From contig CAZFHY010000009.1 in NCBI GenBank assembly GCA_964519305.1, forward strand, positions 64,001-128,000: DNA of 64,000 nucleotides, written 5' to 3'. Of this stretch, positions 1-10,538 are shown piece after piece. Every line of letters starts with the position of its first letter. The stretch's first letter is position 1. This DNA is from Candidatus Undinarchaeota archaeon (GTDB lineage Archaea; SpSt-1190; JASMDC01). Both the position numbers and the translations under genes were made by a program. The notes beneath the pieces are model-generated. The model saw only the letters and a program-made list of their open reading frames with translations, was not told the DNA's origin and did no database searches.

Positions 1-375
1 ATGAACTCTCGCAACAGGCGCCAGATGCAAAAGATGATGAAGGGAATGGGGATGCAGGACCTCGATGTCAAGCGCGTGATCTTTGAATTCGGGGACAAGA
101 AACAGGTAATCCTCAATCCTAAGGTCGTTAAGATGAGCATGCAGGGCGTTGACACATTCCAGGTGGTGGGCCAGGCCCAACTACTCAAGGAAGAGCCTGT
201 CGTGGCCCCTACCGCAGCACCTGTCGCCGAGACCGAGCGCCCCGAGAAGCCCACTGTGTCCGAGGACGATGTCAAGCTCATCGCGCAGCAGACCGGTTCC
301 AGTCTGGCCGATGCCCGGGCCGCTCTCGAAGAGTCAGGCGACCTCGCTGCCGCCATCCTCAAGCTGTCTAGCTAG
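1..375 (+). CDS. nac: Nascent polypeptide-associated complex protein (archaeal NAC)
   Basis: MQKMMKGMGM N-terminus, NAC beta domain, C-terminal UBA-like EDDVKLIAQQTG...GDLAAAILKL. Confidence 0.93.
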   Translation: MNSRNRRQMQKMMKGMGMQDLDVKRVIFEFGDKKQVILNPKVVKMSMQGVDTFQVVGQAQLLKEEPVVAPTAAPVAETERPEKPTVSEDDVKLIAQQTGSSLADARAALEESGDLAAAILKLSS

Positions 376-428
376 TGCCCGCACCCGCCAGGGGAGAGCT
401 TAAAACGATTTGCCCATGAAGTGGTCAC

Positions 429-902
429 GTGCGCGAGCGTAGGATGCTGTTCGCAGAAGTACTCCTTATCCTATGCATAGTGCTCATCTACGACCAGCTC
501 ACCGGGATCGATCCCATGAACGTGACCTTGGAGAGCGGTGAGTCGATAGCGGTCGCCGGGAGCACGTTCGATTACATGGACGCGATCATCTTCATCATCA
601 CGTCCTTTGTCGCTGGTGCGAGCTTCGCATTCCTCTTCCTCAGCGGAGATGAGAAGGAGGACACATCGACACCACAGACCGAGAGCGCACCGCCCGACAT
701 CGCTCTTCTGCTCACGCCTGACGAGCGGAAGGTCTACAAGAAGATACAGGAGAACGAGGGCCAGATGCTCCAGAAGGACCTGGTCGCAGAGATGCCGTTC
801 GGCGGAGTTAAGGTCAGCCGCATCATCACCCGACTGGAGAAGAAGGGCGTGGCCGTTCGCTACAAGCATGGCCTTACCAACCGGATCGCCCTCAAGACCT
901 AG
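429..902 (+). CDS. Membrane-tethered winged-HTH transcriptional regulator (2 TM)
   Basis: Two hydrophobic helices then LTPDERKVY...QKDLV...KVSRIITRLEKKG...GLTNRI wHTH; start may be ATG 444. Confidence 0.8.
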   Translation: MRERRMLFAEVLLILCIVLIYDQLTGIDPMNVTLESGESIAVAGSTFDYMDAIIFIITSFVAGASFAFLFLSGDEKEDTSTPQTESAPPDIALLLTPDERKVYKKIQENEGQMLQKDLVAEMPFGGVKVSRIITRLEKKGVAVRYKHGLTNRIALKT

Positions 903-936
903 AAGACTTGTGTTCTTTCAGGTGTTTTCATCCAGG

Positions 937-950
937 TGAAAGCAGCTTCA
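937..950. promoter_or_regulatory. Imperfect palindrome TGAAAGCAGCTTCA, candidate operator
   Basis: Matches TGAAACCAGTTTCA (32027, 32698) at 12/14; lies between HTH gene and ABC operon. Confidence 0.5.
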
Positions 951-1009
951 CATCATTACCGGGAACCTTCTTTAACCATTTCAGCGCTCATTGTTCCCGG
1001 TTGATCACA

Positions 1010-1666
1010 ATGGGCGTATACCAGCGAATATCTGACATGGGCAAGTGGAAGCGGATCGCTCTGATCGTCGTGTGCATCTTCGGCCTCTTTCTAATAGGGG
1101 CGGTCCACAAGCATCGCGGATCGATCTCGGACCTCTCGGACACACAGAAGGCAAGTATCCTTGCCATCGCCGAGGCCGAGATGGGCACGGAGGGTACTCT
1201 GACAGCGCTCGAAAAGGCGCAGACGCTCAGGACCTGGGATGGCGAGTACACGATCACTAATGTCTACTATAATGGCACTGACGGGGACGCCCTGCTCACC
1301 ATCGATCTCGATTCGGAACAGGTCATCCAGCGTATCGAACGTCGTGGCTGGATGGCACATGACAAGTACCGTGCGTACGACCGATCCCGCAAAGTCAAAC
1401 AGGGAAGCCCGGGTCAACCTCCGATCCCCGCGCTCTTGCTGGATAGACGTCACCGGGGTTCGGGAGGCCCAATCATCCCCCTCGTGGTCCTCGTCGTGCT
1501 CGCATACGGCATCGACTGGCTCTTCTTCTCGCGGAAGGTAGAAGAAGAGTTTGACCGTGATGAAGAATCCGATAATGTTATAATCTCCGAAGAAAAAGAG
1601 GCGCTCTCAGAGGACGAAGAGCCCGAAGAAGAACCTGTCAAGAAGAAGAAGAAGAAGAAGAAGTGA
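1010..1666 (+). CDS. Hypothetical membrane protein, 2 TM, acidic then poly-Lys tail
   Basis: ORF in track (908); ATG 1010 or 1037 more likely; ends in (AAG)8. Confidence 0.7.
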   Translation: MGVYQRISDMGKWKRIALIVVCIFGLFLIGAVHKHRGSISDLSDTQKASILAIAEAEMGTEGTLTALEKAQTLRTWDGEYTITNVYYNGTDGDALLTIDLDSEQVIQRIERRGWMAHDKYRAYDRSRKVKQGSPGQPPIPALLLDRRHRGSGGPIIPLVVLVVLAYGIDWLFFSRKVEEEFDRDEESDNVIISEEKEALSEDEEPEEEPVKKKKKKKK

Positions 1667-1712
1667 GCTGCGAGATATCGAATTCATGTGAGAGCCTGAG
1701 AGGAAATGTGCC

Positions 1713-2540
1713 ATGGCGGATAGAGAACTGGAGAATAAAAAGACGGTGATCATCACCAAGCACATAACGAAAGAGTACCATCTGGGCAAGGTCATCGTCC
1801 ATGCCCTCCGTGACCTATCTCTCGAGGTGGAGGAAGGCTCGTTCGTTGCCATCATGGGGCCCTCTGGTTCGGGCAAGAGCACGCTCTTGCACATGATCTC
1901 GGCCCTGGACCGGCCGACGAGCGGTCAGGTCATCCTGGAGGACGAGGATATCACTGCTGCCTCGGACCGACGTCTCGCCCGCATCCGGAACAAGCAGGTG
2001 GGCTTCGTGTTCCAGTTCTTCAATCTCTTCCCCACGATGTCCGCCCAGGACAACGTGGAGTTCCCCATGATGATCGCGAACATGTCCGGGAGCAAGCGAA
2101 GGAAGCGCGCAAAAGAGCTCCTGGAGCTGGTCGGCCTCGGCGAACGACGCCACCATACACCGGGTGAGCTCTCAGGCGGACAGCGGCAACGCGTCGCCAT
2201 CGCCCGGGCGCTCGCTAACGATCCACCCGTGGTCTTCTGTGACGAACCGACAGGCAATCTGGACTCGACGGCCTCAAAAGAGATCATGGAGCTCCTGCAC
2301 CGGTTGTGCAAGGAGCAGGGAAAGACCATCGTCATTGTCACGCATGATCCTGCCGTGGGCGCGGTCACGGATCGAATGATCGAGCTGTGCGACGGACAGA
2401 TCAGCAAGGATCAAAAGAACGGCAAAGGTGAGAAACATGACAAGGAAGAGAAGCCTGCAAAGAAACGATCGAAGCGGAAGCGTTCCGCTGTCAAGAAACG
2501 TCCGAAGAAGGCAAAAGGAGGAGTGAAGAATGCAGAATGA
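1713..2540 (+). CDS. ABC ATP-binding protein, LolD/MacB/SalX family
   Basis: [36 protein letters not shown]; Lys-rich tail. Confidence 0.95.
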   Translation: MADRELENKKTVIITKHITKEYHLGKVIVHALRDLSLEVEEGSFVAIMGPSGSGKSTLLHMISALDRPTSGQVILEDEDITAASDRRLARIRNKQVGFVFQFFNLFPTMSAQDNVEFPMMIANMSGSKRRKRAKELLELVGLGERRHHTPGELSGGQRQRVAIARALANDPPVVFCDEPTGNLDSTASKEIMELLHRLCKEQGKTIVIVTHDPAVGAVTDRMIELCDGQISKDQKNGKGEKHDKEEKPAKKRSKRKRSAVKKRPKKAKGGVKNAE

Positions 2541-4224
2541 TAACACCATCTACAACCTCGGGCTCGTGCTCGTGCTAGCGCTCGTTATGCTCACGACACC
2601 TGCGACCGCGGCTTCGTCATCGGTCAAGATCCCCACGCTGGCCAACGTCCAGGTGTCCGTGCTGAATACCGATCCAGATACTGTTGAACCTGGTCGCGAT
2701 CTCCTGCTCACACTCAAAGTGGAGAACTACGGGAGCGAAGCGGCCGATAACGTTACTGTAACGTTCAAGCCACGATACCCCTTCGAGCTCAAACCCGGCG
2801 AGGATGCCATGACCGATGTGGGTCGTCTCGGCCCCCTTCGTGAGGCCTATGTCGAGTACGACCTTCTCGTACGCGAGGACGCTGTCGAGGGTGCGTACAC
2901 GTTCGTCATCGACTCGTGCATGGATAGCTGCGAGAAGGACCGGTCATCCACCGAGCTCGACATCCGGGTGAACGCCGCACCAAGCGTCTTGCTTACCGCC
3001 ACAAAGGTGCCCGAGCTCATCGGCTCCGACATGGAGGTACCGGTCAGGATCACTGTTGAGAACGTAGGGGCCGGGCAGGCCCGCAAGGTGCAGGTCGAGT
3101 TCAGCACGGTACCATCGGGCTCAACGGACGCGTCCCTGTTCACACTGGTGGACTCGGCACAGGTCGCGTTCCTCGGAGACATGGCACCCCGCTCGCTGCG
3201 TCACATCGACCTCATCTACCGTACCGGCGAGAAAGCCAGCGGCATCTACAAGCTTCCGGTCACGATCACCTACTCAGACGATGATGATGTGGAGAAGGAT
3301 TTCACCGTCACCATTGACGTGAACGCTCAGCCCGACATCACCATCGGCCAGATCTCGGTCGATCCGCCCCGCATCCTTCCCGGCTCTGTGGTCAGCGCTA
3401 CCATCCCCTTCACGAACACTGGCGACTGGAAGGCAGAGGACCTCAAGATCGTGCTTTCCACCATCCCCGTTGGCGCCACTGGCCAGACCACGCCCTTCGG
3501 GCTGGTGGACGGTACCGCCCAGCGCACCTATGACATCATCGCCGCGAACGGCTCCGACATGGCCACGTTCTCCCTGCTCGTGGACCCTGACGCCAGTGGT
3601 GTCTACACGCTCAAGGCCTATCTCACCTACAAGGGGCTCGCTGCGCCCATGGAGGGCGTCATCTCCGTCCCCGTGTTCGGCGAACCCAGGCTCGAGGCCG
3701 CCGTGCGCGGTGTGAGCCAGGAGAACGGGAACCTCCAGCTCTCGGTGGACGTCATGAACTCCGGCAGCGGCACGGCCAACGCCATCGTGGTGGAGCTTGC
3801 GCCCTCGGACGAGGACGTGAAGCTCGTATCATCACCACGCTCGCTCCTGGGATCGCTCGCGCCCAACGAGATCCAGACCGTGGACTTCACGCTAAAAGTG
3901 CCACAACCCGAGCCCGCGTTCACACGGCCCGGGGGACATGGCGAAGAACCCGAGGGAACACCGATGCCCACACCGGAGCCGGTGAAGCGCACCTTCTCCG
4001 CTGATGTGAGCCTCCACTACAAGAACGCCATGAACCAGGACCTTTCAGAGCCCACAGAGCTCTCATTCTCCGAGCCCCAGCGACAGTCATCTGGTATGGC
4101 CTCGGCCCATGGGGCGGGGGGCATGAGCAGGAACATCCAGTACGGGATGTATGCCTTGACGCTCATCGGTGCCCTGACCATCGTGCGCTGGCTCTTCGGC
4201 AAGCTGTTCGGAGGCGGGGACTAG
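2530..4224 (+). CDS. COG1361 S-layer-like exported protein with Ig-like repeats and C-terminal TM
   Basis: Signal peptide; repeated ENxGxxxA...LGxLxP...GxYxLxV units; inside ABC operon. Confidence 0.8.
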   Translation: MQNDNTIYNLGLVLVLALVMLTTPATAASSSVKIPTLANVQVSVLNTDPDTVEPGRDLLLTLKVENYGSEAADNVTVTFKPRYPFELKPGEDAMTDVGRLGPLREAYVEYDLLVREDAVEGAYTFVIDSCMDSCEKDRSSTELDIRVNAAPSVLLTATKVPELIGSDMEVPVRITVENVGAGQARKVQVEFSTVPSGSTDASLFTLVDSAQVAFLGDMAPRSLRHIDLIYRTGEKASGIYKLPVTITYSDDDDVEKDFTVTIDVNAQPDITIGQISVDPPRILPGSVVSATIPFTNTGDWKAEDLKIVLSTIPVGATGQTTPFGLVDGTAQRTYDIIAANGSDMATFSLLVDPDASGVYTLKAYLTYKGLAAPMEGVISVPVFGEPRLEAAVRGVSQENGNLQLSVDVMNSGSGTANAIVVELAPSDEDVKLVSSPRSLLGSLAPNEIQTVDFTLKVPQPEPAFTRPGGHGEEPEGTPMPTPEPVKRTFSADVSLHYKNAMNQDLSEPTELSFSEPQRQSSGMASAHGAGGMSRNIQYGMYALTLIGALTIVRWLFGKLFGGGD

Positions 4225-4228
4225 ACAT

Positions 4229-5464
4229 ATGGACCTGCTCTCCCTGTCGCTCGCCAACATCGGACGTCGCCTGTTCCGTAACGGGTTCACCGTGGTGAGT
4301 ATCGCCATTGGCATCGCTGCCATAGTCGCGCTCCTGGCCCTTGGTGACGGGATGAAGGCATCGCTGGGCGACCAGCTCGGGCCCATGGCCGCCGACATAA
4401 TCGTCATGCCCAAGTCCAAGGGCGTCCAGCGGGCCCGGGGCGGGCGCATGGGTCACGGTCCTCCCGGCCGGATGCGGTCGTTCGGCGGCGTCTACCCCAT
4501 GGATGAGTCCATCCTCTCAGATCTTCGACGTGTGAACGGCATCAAGTTCGTGGTCCCTCGTTACTCCACCCGCGGTCAGCTCAAGGTGGCGTCGGACGAC
4601 TTCTCTGTATCGGTCATGGGCATCGATCCCGACGCCGAGAAGGACTATGATCAGATACCTGACTTCGCGGAAGGGAAGATGTTCCTCTCTCGTGACCGGA
4701 ACATGGTGGTGCTGGGTGACCGTGTGGTGAGCGACTTCTTCCAGTTCCGCCGCCCCCAGGTCCGCTCCACGGTGGTCATCGAGGGACGCAAGTTCCAGGT
4801 TGCGGGCATCCTTGAGAAGGGCGGACAGGGGGGACCGGGAGGCTCCTATGACAACGCGATTCTCATGAGCCTCGAGGACGCGCGGGAGATCGGGGATCCC
4901 GAGGTGAAGGACCAACTCAGCAACCTCATCGTGCGCGCAACATCCCCTGAGATCGCCGAGGACGTGGCCGAGGACATAGTCAAAGTGGTCGACACGGTCC
5001 AGACCATGGCCCTCTCCACCATGCTGGAGACCATCCAGGAGATCATGGGCACCTTCACGGCCTTCCTTGCAGGCATCGCGGGCATCTCACTGTTCGTGGC
5101 CGCAATCACTATCCTCAACAACATGTACACCGCAGTCATGGAGCGCCGGCGCGAGATCGGCACCATGAAGGCCCTTGGTATGGACAGCAGTCAGGTGCTC
5201 ATCACTTTCTCCATCGAGGCGGGCATCCTCGGTCTCCTGGGCGGCGCCTTGGGCATCGCCATCGGCCTGGGCATCGGCCGGTTCGTGGAGTACATGCGAC
5301 TGGGCGCCCCAGGGCCTGGTGACGCCTACCTCATCCCGGTCTACCTCCCCGAGTACATGGTGGCCAGCGTGGTGTTCGGCGTCATGGTGGCGTTGCTGTC
5401 AGGCCTCTACCCCGCCTGGCGAGCATCGCAGCTCTCTCCTGTAGAGGCTCTGCGATTCGAGTGA
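4229..5464 (+). CDS. ABC permease, MacB/FtsX family
   Basis: N-terminal TM, large external domain, AVMERRREIGTMKALG, YPAWRASQLSPVEALRFE. Confidence 0.93.
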   Translation: MDLLSLSLANIGRRLFRNGFTVVSIAIGIAAIVALLALGDGMKASLGDQLGPMAADIIVMPKSKGVQRARGGRMGHGPPGRMRSFGGVYPMDESILSDLRRVNGIKFVVPRYSTRGQLKVASDDFSVSVMGIDPDAEKDYDQIPDFAEGKMFLSRDRNMVVLGDRVVSDFFQFRRPQVRSTVVIEGRKFQVAGILEKGGQGGPGGSYDNAILMSLEDAREIGDPEVKDQLSNLIVRATSPEIAEDVAEDIVKVVDTVQTMALSTMLETIQEIMGTFTAFLAGIAGISLFVAAITILNNMYTAVMERRREIGTMKALGMDSSQVLITFSIEAGILGLLGGALGIAIGLGIGRFVEYMRLGAPGPGDAYLIPVYLPEYMVASVVFGVMVALLSGLYPAWRASQLSPVEALRFE

Positions 5465-5470
5465 GGCGGC

Positions 5471-6358
5471 ATGAGTATGGCCCCAAACGCACAATGGAAA
5501 GGTTTGGTGTTATCCTTCCTGCTTCTCGCCCTGGTCTGTGCCCAGGACGCTGCGCTCGACTCCTACCACCTCTCAGTTGATGTGCTGGAGAGCGGGGAGG
5601 CCCACTGTACCCTCTCGCTCACGTACCGGCAGGAGGGTGACGAGCTCTCTGGAGGCTATCTGGTGTTGCCCGGGAAGGCAAGCTATGTCTCCGTCACAGA
5701 TAAAGAGGGTGCGCTCAAGTTCGGCTCGGCCGAGGTCGAGAACCTCACAGAAGTGAAGTTCTTGTTCCGCGACATCTTTCTCGATGGTGAGAGGTACACC
5801 GTCTCCGTGGAGTTCTGGACCTTCGACCTTACACGGAAGATGCTGGACGAGTGGGTGCTGGAGGTGGCGTATACCGACCCACCAGAGGTCGATAGCTATT
5901 CGCTATCGGTCACCCTTCCCGAGGGTGCCAAGTACATTCCCGGCGACGAGGTATGGTCTGCGGTGCAGGCCGAAGGGGGCCGTGTCATCCTCTCTACAGA
6001 GGGTGCAATGAGCGATACCATGGTCGCCTACTCCCTCACTTCCGACCGAAATACTGCTCTTCCCGACCTGTTCATGGGCCTGCTTGTATTCCTCGTGGGT
6101 GCGTTCGCAGGCTATCGCATGTTCCGGCAAGAGCCCCCTGCTGAACAGGAGCATGACATCACGCGCCTCTTGGATGACACCGAGAGGAAGGTCTACCAGC
6201 TTCTTTCCACTGACGGCCCGAGCCTGAGACAGTCCGACATCGTCGAGCGCACAGGATTACCAAAATCAACGGTATCTAGAACGCTGGATCGGCTCGAACG
6301 GAAGAAGATAGTGAAGAAGGAGCGCCATGGACGAGAATACAGGATAATACTTGCTTGA
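5471..6358 (+). CDS. Membrane-anchored regulator: signal peptide, external beta domain, TM, wHTH
   Basis: LDDTERKVY...LRQSDIVERTGLPKSTVSRTLDRLERKKIV. Confidence 0.8.
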   Translation: MSMAPNAQWKGLVLSFLLLALVCAQDAALDSYHLSVDVLESGEAHCTLSLTYRQEGDELSGGYLVLPGKASYVSVTDKEGALKFGSAEVENLTEVKFLFRDIFLDGERYTVSVEFWTFDLTRKMLDEWVLEVAYTDPPEVDSYSLSVTLPEGAKYIPGDEVWSAVQAEGGRVILSTEGAMSDTMVAYSLTSDRNTALPDLFMGLLVFLVGAFAGYRMFRQEPPAEQEHDITRLLDDTERKVYQLLSTDGPSLRQSDIVERTGLPKSTVSRTLDRLERKKIVKKERHGREYRIILA

Positions 6359-6367
6359 TTCACCCCA

Positions 6368-6428
6368 GTTCCGCAGTTCCGCACGATATACGCCTTCGTT
6401 CCGCAGAAATTATTTATTTCGTTCCAGA
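6368..6428 (+). repeat. Direct repeats GTTCCGCA (6368, 6376, 6398) and GTTCCAGA (6421), candidate operator
   Basis: Seen in the intergenic region around an AT-rich TATA-like stretch (6407-6419). Confidence 0.5.
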
Positions 6429-6441
6429 TATAGATGTAGTC

Positions 6442-7071
6442 ATGGTCAGTTCTGGAGAAAAGAAAGTAAGGGTCATCGGGGCGGTCCTCGTCGTCCTCAT
6501 CCTATCCCTTATCACCGTCGAGGCCTTCAGGGGTCGTGGCAAGCACAGCTTCATCAGACAGAAACCCGCGTGGAAGCACCGACCCGGCGACATGCTCGTG
6601 GCCTTCGACATCACCGCGGCCGATGATGGCTCGATCGGTGCGCTCAAGGTGAAGCTTGATGAAGAAGGGTTCGAGAGCATCGCGAAGAAGACCTTCGACA
6701 AGGGCGAGGGTCCCCGGGACTACCTGATCGTAAAGGGCCCCGTCGATAGCAGGGCGCTGCTCCCTGCCATCTCCGAGGCCACGGGATTCAAGGCAATCGG
6801 GCTCGGTTCGAAGAAGGATATCGGTTTCGCCCGTAAGGGGAAACGCGAGCGCTACGTCAAGCTCATGGTACCAAAAGAGAACATGGACGCCTTCGTTGAG
6901 GGCGCAACGGCCGCCAACGCGACCGCTACGGTCGAGGACGGGTACGTCCTCGTCGTCGTGAAGATGGGTGAAGGAGCGGACGGCGGTAAGCTCCGCGAGC
7001 TCATCGGAAGCCAGAACGGAATACCGCTCACTTCGGGCGAGCGATGCGCATCGAGGGCGCGGAAGAGGTGA
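6442..7071 (+). CDS. Hypothetical exported or membrane-anchored protein
   Basis: N-terminal hydrophobic helix after ATG 6442. Confidence 0.7.
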   Translation: MVSSGEKKVRVIGAVLVVLILSLITVEAFRGRGKHSFIRQKPAWKHRPGDMLVAFDITAADDGSIGALKVKLDEEGFESIAKKTFDKGEGPRDYLIVKGPVDSRALLPAISEATGFKAIGLGSKKDIGFARKGKRERYVKLMVPKENMDAFVEGATAANATATVEDGYVLVVVKMGEGADGGKLRELIGSQNGIPLTSGERCASRARKR

Positions 7072-7076
7072 TTACC

Positions 7077-9269
7077 ATGGTAGAAAGGCAGCGTTTGGTC
7101 AATCAATTGATAGTAGCGCTCTTGGCGCTCTGTACAATTCTCACCATGGTCACCGCCCCCGCCCTGTCCGACACGGTGACGCGATACCAGATCCTCGCCT
7201 CCGACATCGAGGTGGGTGATCCGGTGTTCAGCACCTATCCCACGGCCGGTACATGCTTCCTGATGAAGGTGCCCGCCACAAACAACGGCAACACCGAGGC
7301 CGATGAGATCGTTTTCAACCTGACCGTTGAAGAACCGTTCAGCTTCGACGGTGATAGTGGCGTCAAGACCATCAGCCGCCTTGGGTCCGGTGTGTGGGGA
7401 TGGGTGGATTACAACCTCTGCGTCGACTCGGTAGCGCCTGAGGGCGAGTACGCTCTGGACATAACCCACACCTATGAGGAGCTTGGATCGGACTCCTACG
7501 TGCTCGGGAACATCACGCTCCCCGTGGGTGGGGTCCCACGCTTCGATCTCACGGTGGAGCCCACCACCGCTGACCTCAAGCTCGAGACCATGACATTCAC
7601 CCTGGAGAACATCGGGACGGGTATAGCAAAGGACATCGAGCTCTTACTGGCCACCGATGGGACACCGCTGGTGCTAGAGGGGATGAACATCATCAACATC
7701 AAGTCCATCGAGGCGGGGGCGTCCCAGGCCTTCGAGTTCAAGGTACAGGTCACCGAGCTCACCCCCTTCAACCTACCGGTCACCATCACCTACTCCTCCA
7801 GCCTCGGCGAGACCACGACCCAGTCCATCAAGGTGGGCATCTCGGCCCGTCAGAAGATCAGCACCGAGGGCCTGGAGATCGCGGAGGTCGCCATCGAGCC
7901 GGAGTTCGTGTTCCCGGGCCAGCGCTTCACGGTCAAGTTCAGCGTGGAGAACGTGGGGCTATACGACGCCCGGCTGGTCAAGGTGGTCATGGGCAAGGTG
8001 GAGACCAATGACATCGTCACCGAAGTGTTCGTCCCTTCGGGGCAGGGGAACACCGTCCACCTGGGCACCATCCCTCCCGAGGGCTCGAAGAACGTTACCT
8101 TCACCATGCTCACCAGCGGTAACGCCAACTCGGGCTCCTACTCGGTCCCGATAACGCTGCTGTTCGTTGACTTCGAGGACAACGACCGGGAGATCGACCG
8201 GAACATCGGTGTGGCGGTGCGCTCCAAGTCCACCCTTACGCCGACCGAGGTGACCACCGTGCCTGCCACCGTGACCGCGGGCTCCAGCTTCACACTCACC
8301 CTGGGAGTGTCCAACGGCGGCCCGGCCAAGGCCACATCGCTCAAGGTGCGGTTCCGCAAGAATGACAACTTCCAGCCAGTGGGGAAGGATACGGTGTTCA
8401 TCGGTACGCTGGACGTGGACCTTGCAGACTCTGCGGAGTTCGCAGTTATGGTCAGCCCGAAGGCCTCCGGTTCTGTCAGGCTTCCCGTCTTCTTCGAGTA
8501 CGTTGACGACTACGGTAACACCATCCGGGAGATCGTGGAAGCTTCCATCACGGTCCAGGGTATCTCCCCCGAGGACCTTGCGGCGATGGGTGACAAGGGC
8601 GCAGGAAAGCGCACTACGATCAACAACGGGGCCGCGGCGGGCATCAGCATCATCTCGCCGGAGAAGAACGCTCTTGTGACAACGAAGCCGGTGAACATGG
8701 CCCTGGGGGCAGTAGGTCTCCTCGTCGTTGTTTACATACTTGGGAAGCTCATCGAGCCCAAGCGCTCCGAGAAGCACAGTGCGCTCATGCGCACCTTCAG
8801 CACTCTGGTGGCCAACCGTATGGCGCTCGCAGTGGTTGTGCTCATCGCTGGCGGTATCTGGCTTTATGGTGAGCGCGCCACGCTCCAAGAAGAGGTCACT
8901 ATCTCCCAGCTGATTTCCGCCAACGCCGAGGTGAAAAAGCAGCTCTCCAAGGTCCCCGACATCACTTCCTGGCGCATCATGGCCATGGAGAAGGGGAGCC
9001 TCGACCAGAAGGTGGATGCGGGCAAGCTGCAGTTCATCACGACCTACGTGGTGACCCTCGAACCGGACATGGCGTCGGACAAGCGCGTGAAGGCCGAGGT
9101 CGACACCCGCATGGGCTCAGTGACCTCAATGGACCTGTGCACGGTCGCAGGTGGCAAGGAGGACTGCAAGATCCTCTACGAGGCCAAGGACGAGGAGACC
9201 GACATGATGAAGAAGCTAGCCCAGGCCTACGGCAAGGGTGGCGGCAGGATGAGAGTTCCCCGAAAGTGA
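7077..9269 (+). CDS. COG1361 S-layer-like protein with C-terminal TMs and an extra domain
   Basis: SD GAGGTG before ATG 7077; signal peptide; repeated ENxG...A and LGxIxP units. Confidence 0.8.
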   Translation: MVERQRLVNQLIVALLALCTILTMVTAPALSDTVTRYQILASDIEVGDPVFSTYPTAGTCFLMKVPATNNGNTEADEIVFNLTVEEPFSFDGDSGVKTISRLGSGVWGWVDYNLCVDSVAPEGEYALDITHTYEELGSDSYVLGNITLPVGGVPRFDLTVEPTTADLKLETMTFTLENIGTGIAKDIELLLATDGTPLVLEGMNIINIKSIEAGASQAFEFKVQVTELTPFNLPVTITYSSSLGETTTQSIKVGISARQKISTEGLEIAEVAIEPEFVFPGQRFTVKFSVENVGLYDARLVKVVMGKVETNDIVTEVFVPSGQGNTVHLGTIPPEGSKNVTFTMLTSGNANSGSYSVPITLLFVDFEDNDREIDRNIGVAVRSKSTLTPTEVTTVPATVTAGSSFTLTLGVSNGGPAKATSLKVRFRKNDNFQPVGKDTVFIGTLDVDLADSAEFAVMVSPKASGSVRLPVFFEYVDDYGNTIREIVEASITVQGISPEDLAAMGDKGAGKRTTINNGAAAGISIISPEKNALVTTKPVNMALGAVGLLVVVYILGKLIEPKRSEKHSALMRTFSTLVANRMALAVVVLIAGGIWLYGERATLQEEVTISQLISANAEVKKQLSKVPDITSWRIMAMEKGSLDQKVDAGKLQFITTYVVTLEPDMASDKRVKAEVDTRMGSVTSMDLCTVAGGKEDCKILYEAKDEETDMMKKLAQAYGKGGGRMRVPRK

Positions 9270-9279
9270 GGGTGCCGCC

Positions 9280-10536
9280 GTGCTATACGCTGCCTACTAC
9301 GCTGTCCGGTACATCTGGAGCCGCAAGCTCCGCAGCCTCCTGACCGTGCTTGGTATCGCTGTAGGCGTTGCTGCTATCGTGTCGCTCCTAGGCATCTCCG
9401 CAGGGATGGAGGCCCAGGTGCTATCCTGGGTGGACACTCTTGGCATCAACAACATGGGTGTCTATCCCGCCGGTGGTGAGGACGACTATCCTGACGAGGA
9501 CGACCTCGAGTACATCCTCCAGATGGAGCACGTGGACACCGCAGCCCTGTTCTACACCACAAACGGCCAGGTGCCTCCCCACGTGCGCAAGCGGGCCGAG
9601 CGCCTGTCGAAGGAAGTCCGAGGCATCGAGCCTACGGGGTCCGTGACCTTGGTGGGGACGGACCTTGCAGCCCTCCAGCGTATCCTGTCCATAGACATGC
9701 AGGACGGTGACTTTCCCACGACGCGGCAAGGCACCGCCATCGGGGCACGGGTCGCCCGGGGCCTGGTCTCGTCCGCCAACGAGCTCGAAGGAGTGGGCGG
9801 AAGGCTCCAACTCTTCCGCCTCGGCGCAGGCCAGGGCTCCAAGGGGAAGGCCGCCACCCTGGTCATCGATGGCGTCCTCACGGAGATGGGGAGGAGCTTC
9901 GTAGAGGTCGACTCCTCGGCCATCGTGTCGGTGGAGACATTCAAGAAGGTCACAGGGAACCTCAATCCCACGGCAGGCTACCTTGTGGTCCGGGTGGACA
10001 GCTATGAGAACGTAGACCTGGTGGAGTCGTCCCTGCAGTCCTACTTCACCTCGCGGGACAAGCAGGTGGACGTCAAGAGCTCCAAATCCGTCGTTGACTC
10101 CCAGCAGCAGGAGATGTACACCATGCAGATCTTCTTCGGCAGCATCGGGGCCATCGCCCTGGTGGCCGGGTGCATCGGCGCTATCAACACCGTGCTCACC
10201 TCGGTCCTTGAGCGCACCCGGGAGATCGGGATGATGAAGGCCGTTGGGGCGTCATACAATTACGTGCTCATGCTCTTCATTTTAGAGTCGGCGGTGCTGG
10301 GTGTTCTCGGAGGCATCGTCGGCAATATCATCGCCATCGGGATCTCCAGCGCCCTTTCAGGCGTCCTGGGGGGCGGCTCCAGCGGTATGCTCCGGCGTCT
10401 TGGCTCCGGTGCCGTGCTCTCCAATGAGCTCATGGTGTTCGGATTCCTCGTGGGGCTGGGCGCCTCCCTGCTCGCCGGATACTACCCTGCCAAGCAGGCT
10501 GCCAAGATGGACCCCATAACGGCACTGAGGTACTGA
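9280..10536 (+). CDS. ABC permease, MacB/FtsX family
   Basis: RKLRSLLTVLGIAVG, SVLERTREIGMMKAVG, YPAKQAAKMDPITALRY. Confidence 0.93.
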   Translation: MLYAAYYAVRYIWSRKLRSLLTVLGIAVGVAAIVSLLGISAGMEAQVLSWVDTLGINNMGVYPAGGEDDYPDEDDLEYILQMEHVDTAALFYTTNGQVPPHVRKRAERLSKEVRGIEPTGSVTLVGTDLAALQRILSIDMQDGDFPTTRQGTAIGARVARGLVSSANELEGVGGRLQLFRLGAGQGSKGKAATLVIDGVLTEMGRSFVEVDSSAIVSVETFKKVTGNLNPTAGYLVVRVDSYENVDLVESSLQSYFTSRDKQVDVKSSKSVVDSQQQEMYTMQIFFGSIGAIALVAGCIGAINTVLTSVLERTREIGMMKAVGASYNYVLMLFILESAVLGVLGGIVGNIIAIGISSALSGVLGGGSSGMLRRLGSGAVLSNELMVFGFLVGLGASLLAGYYPAKQAAKMDPITALRY

Positions 10537-10538
10537 CC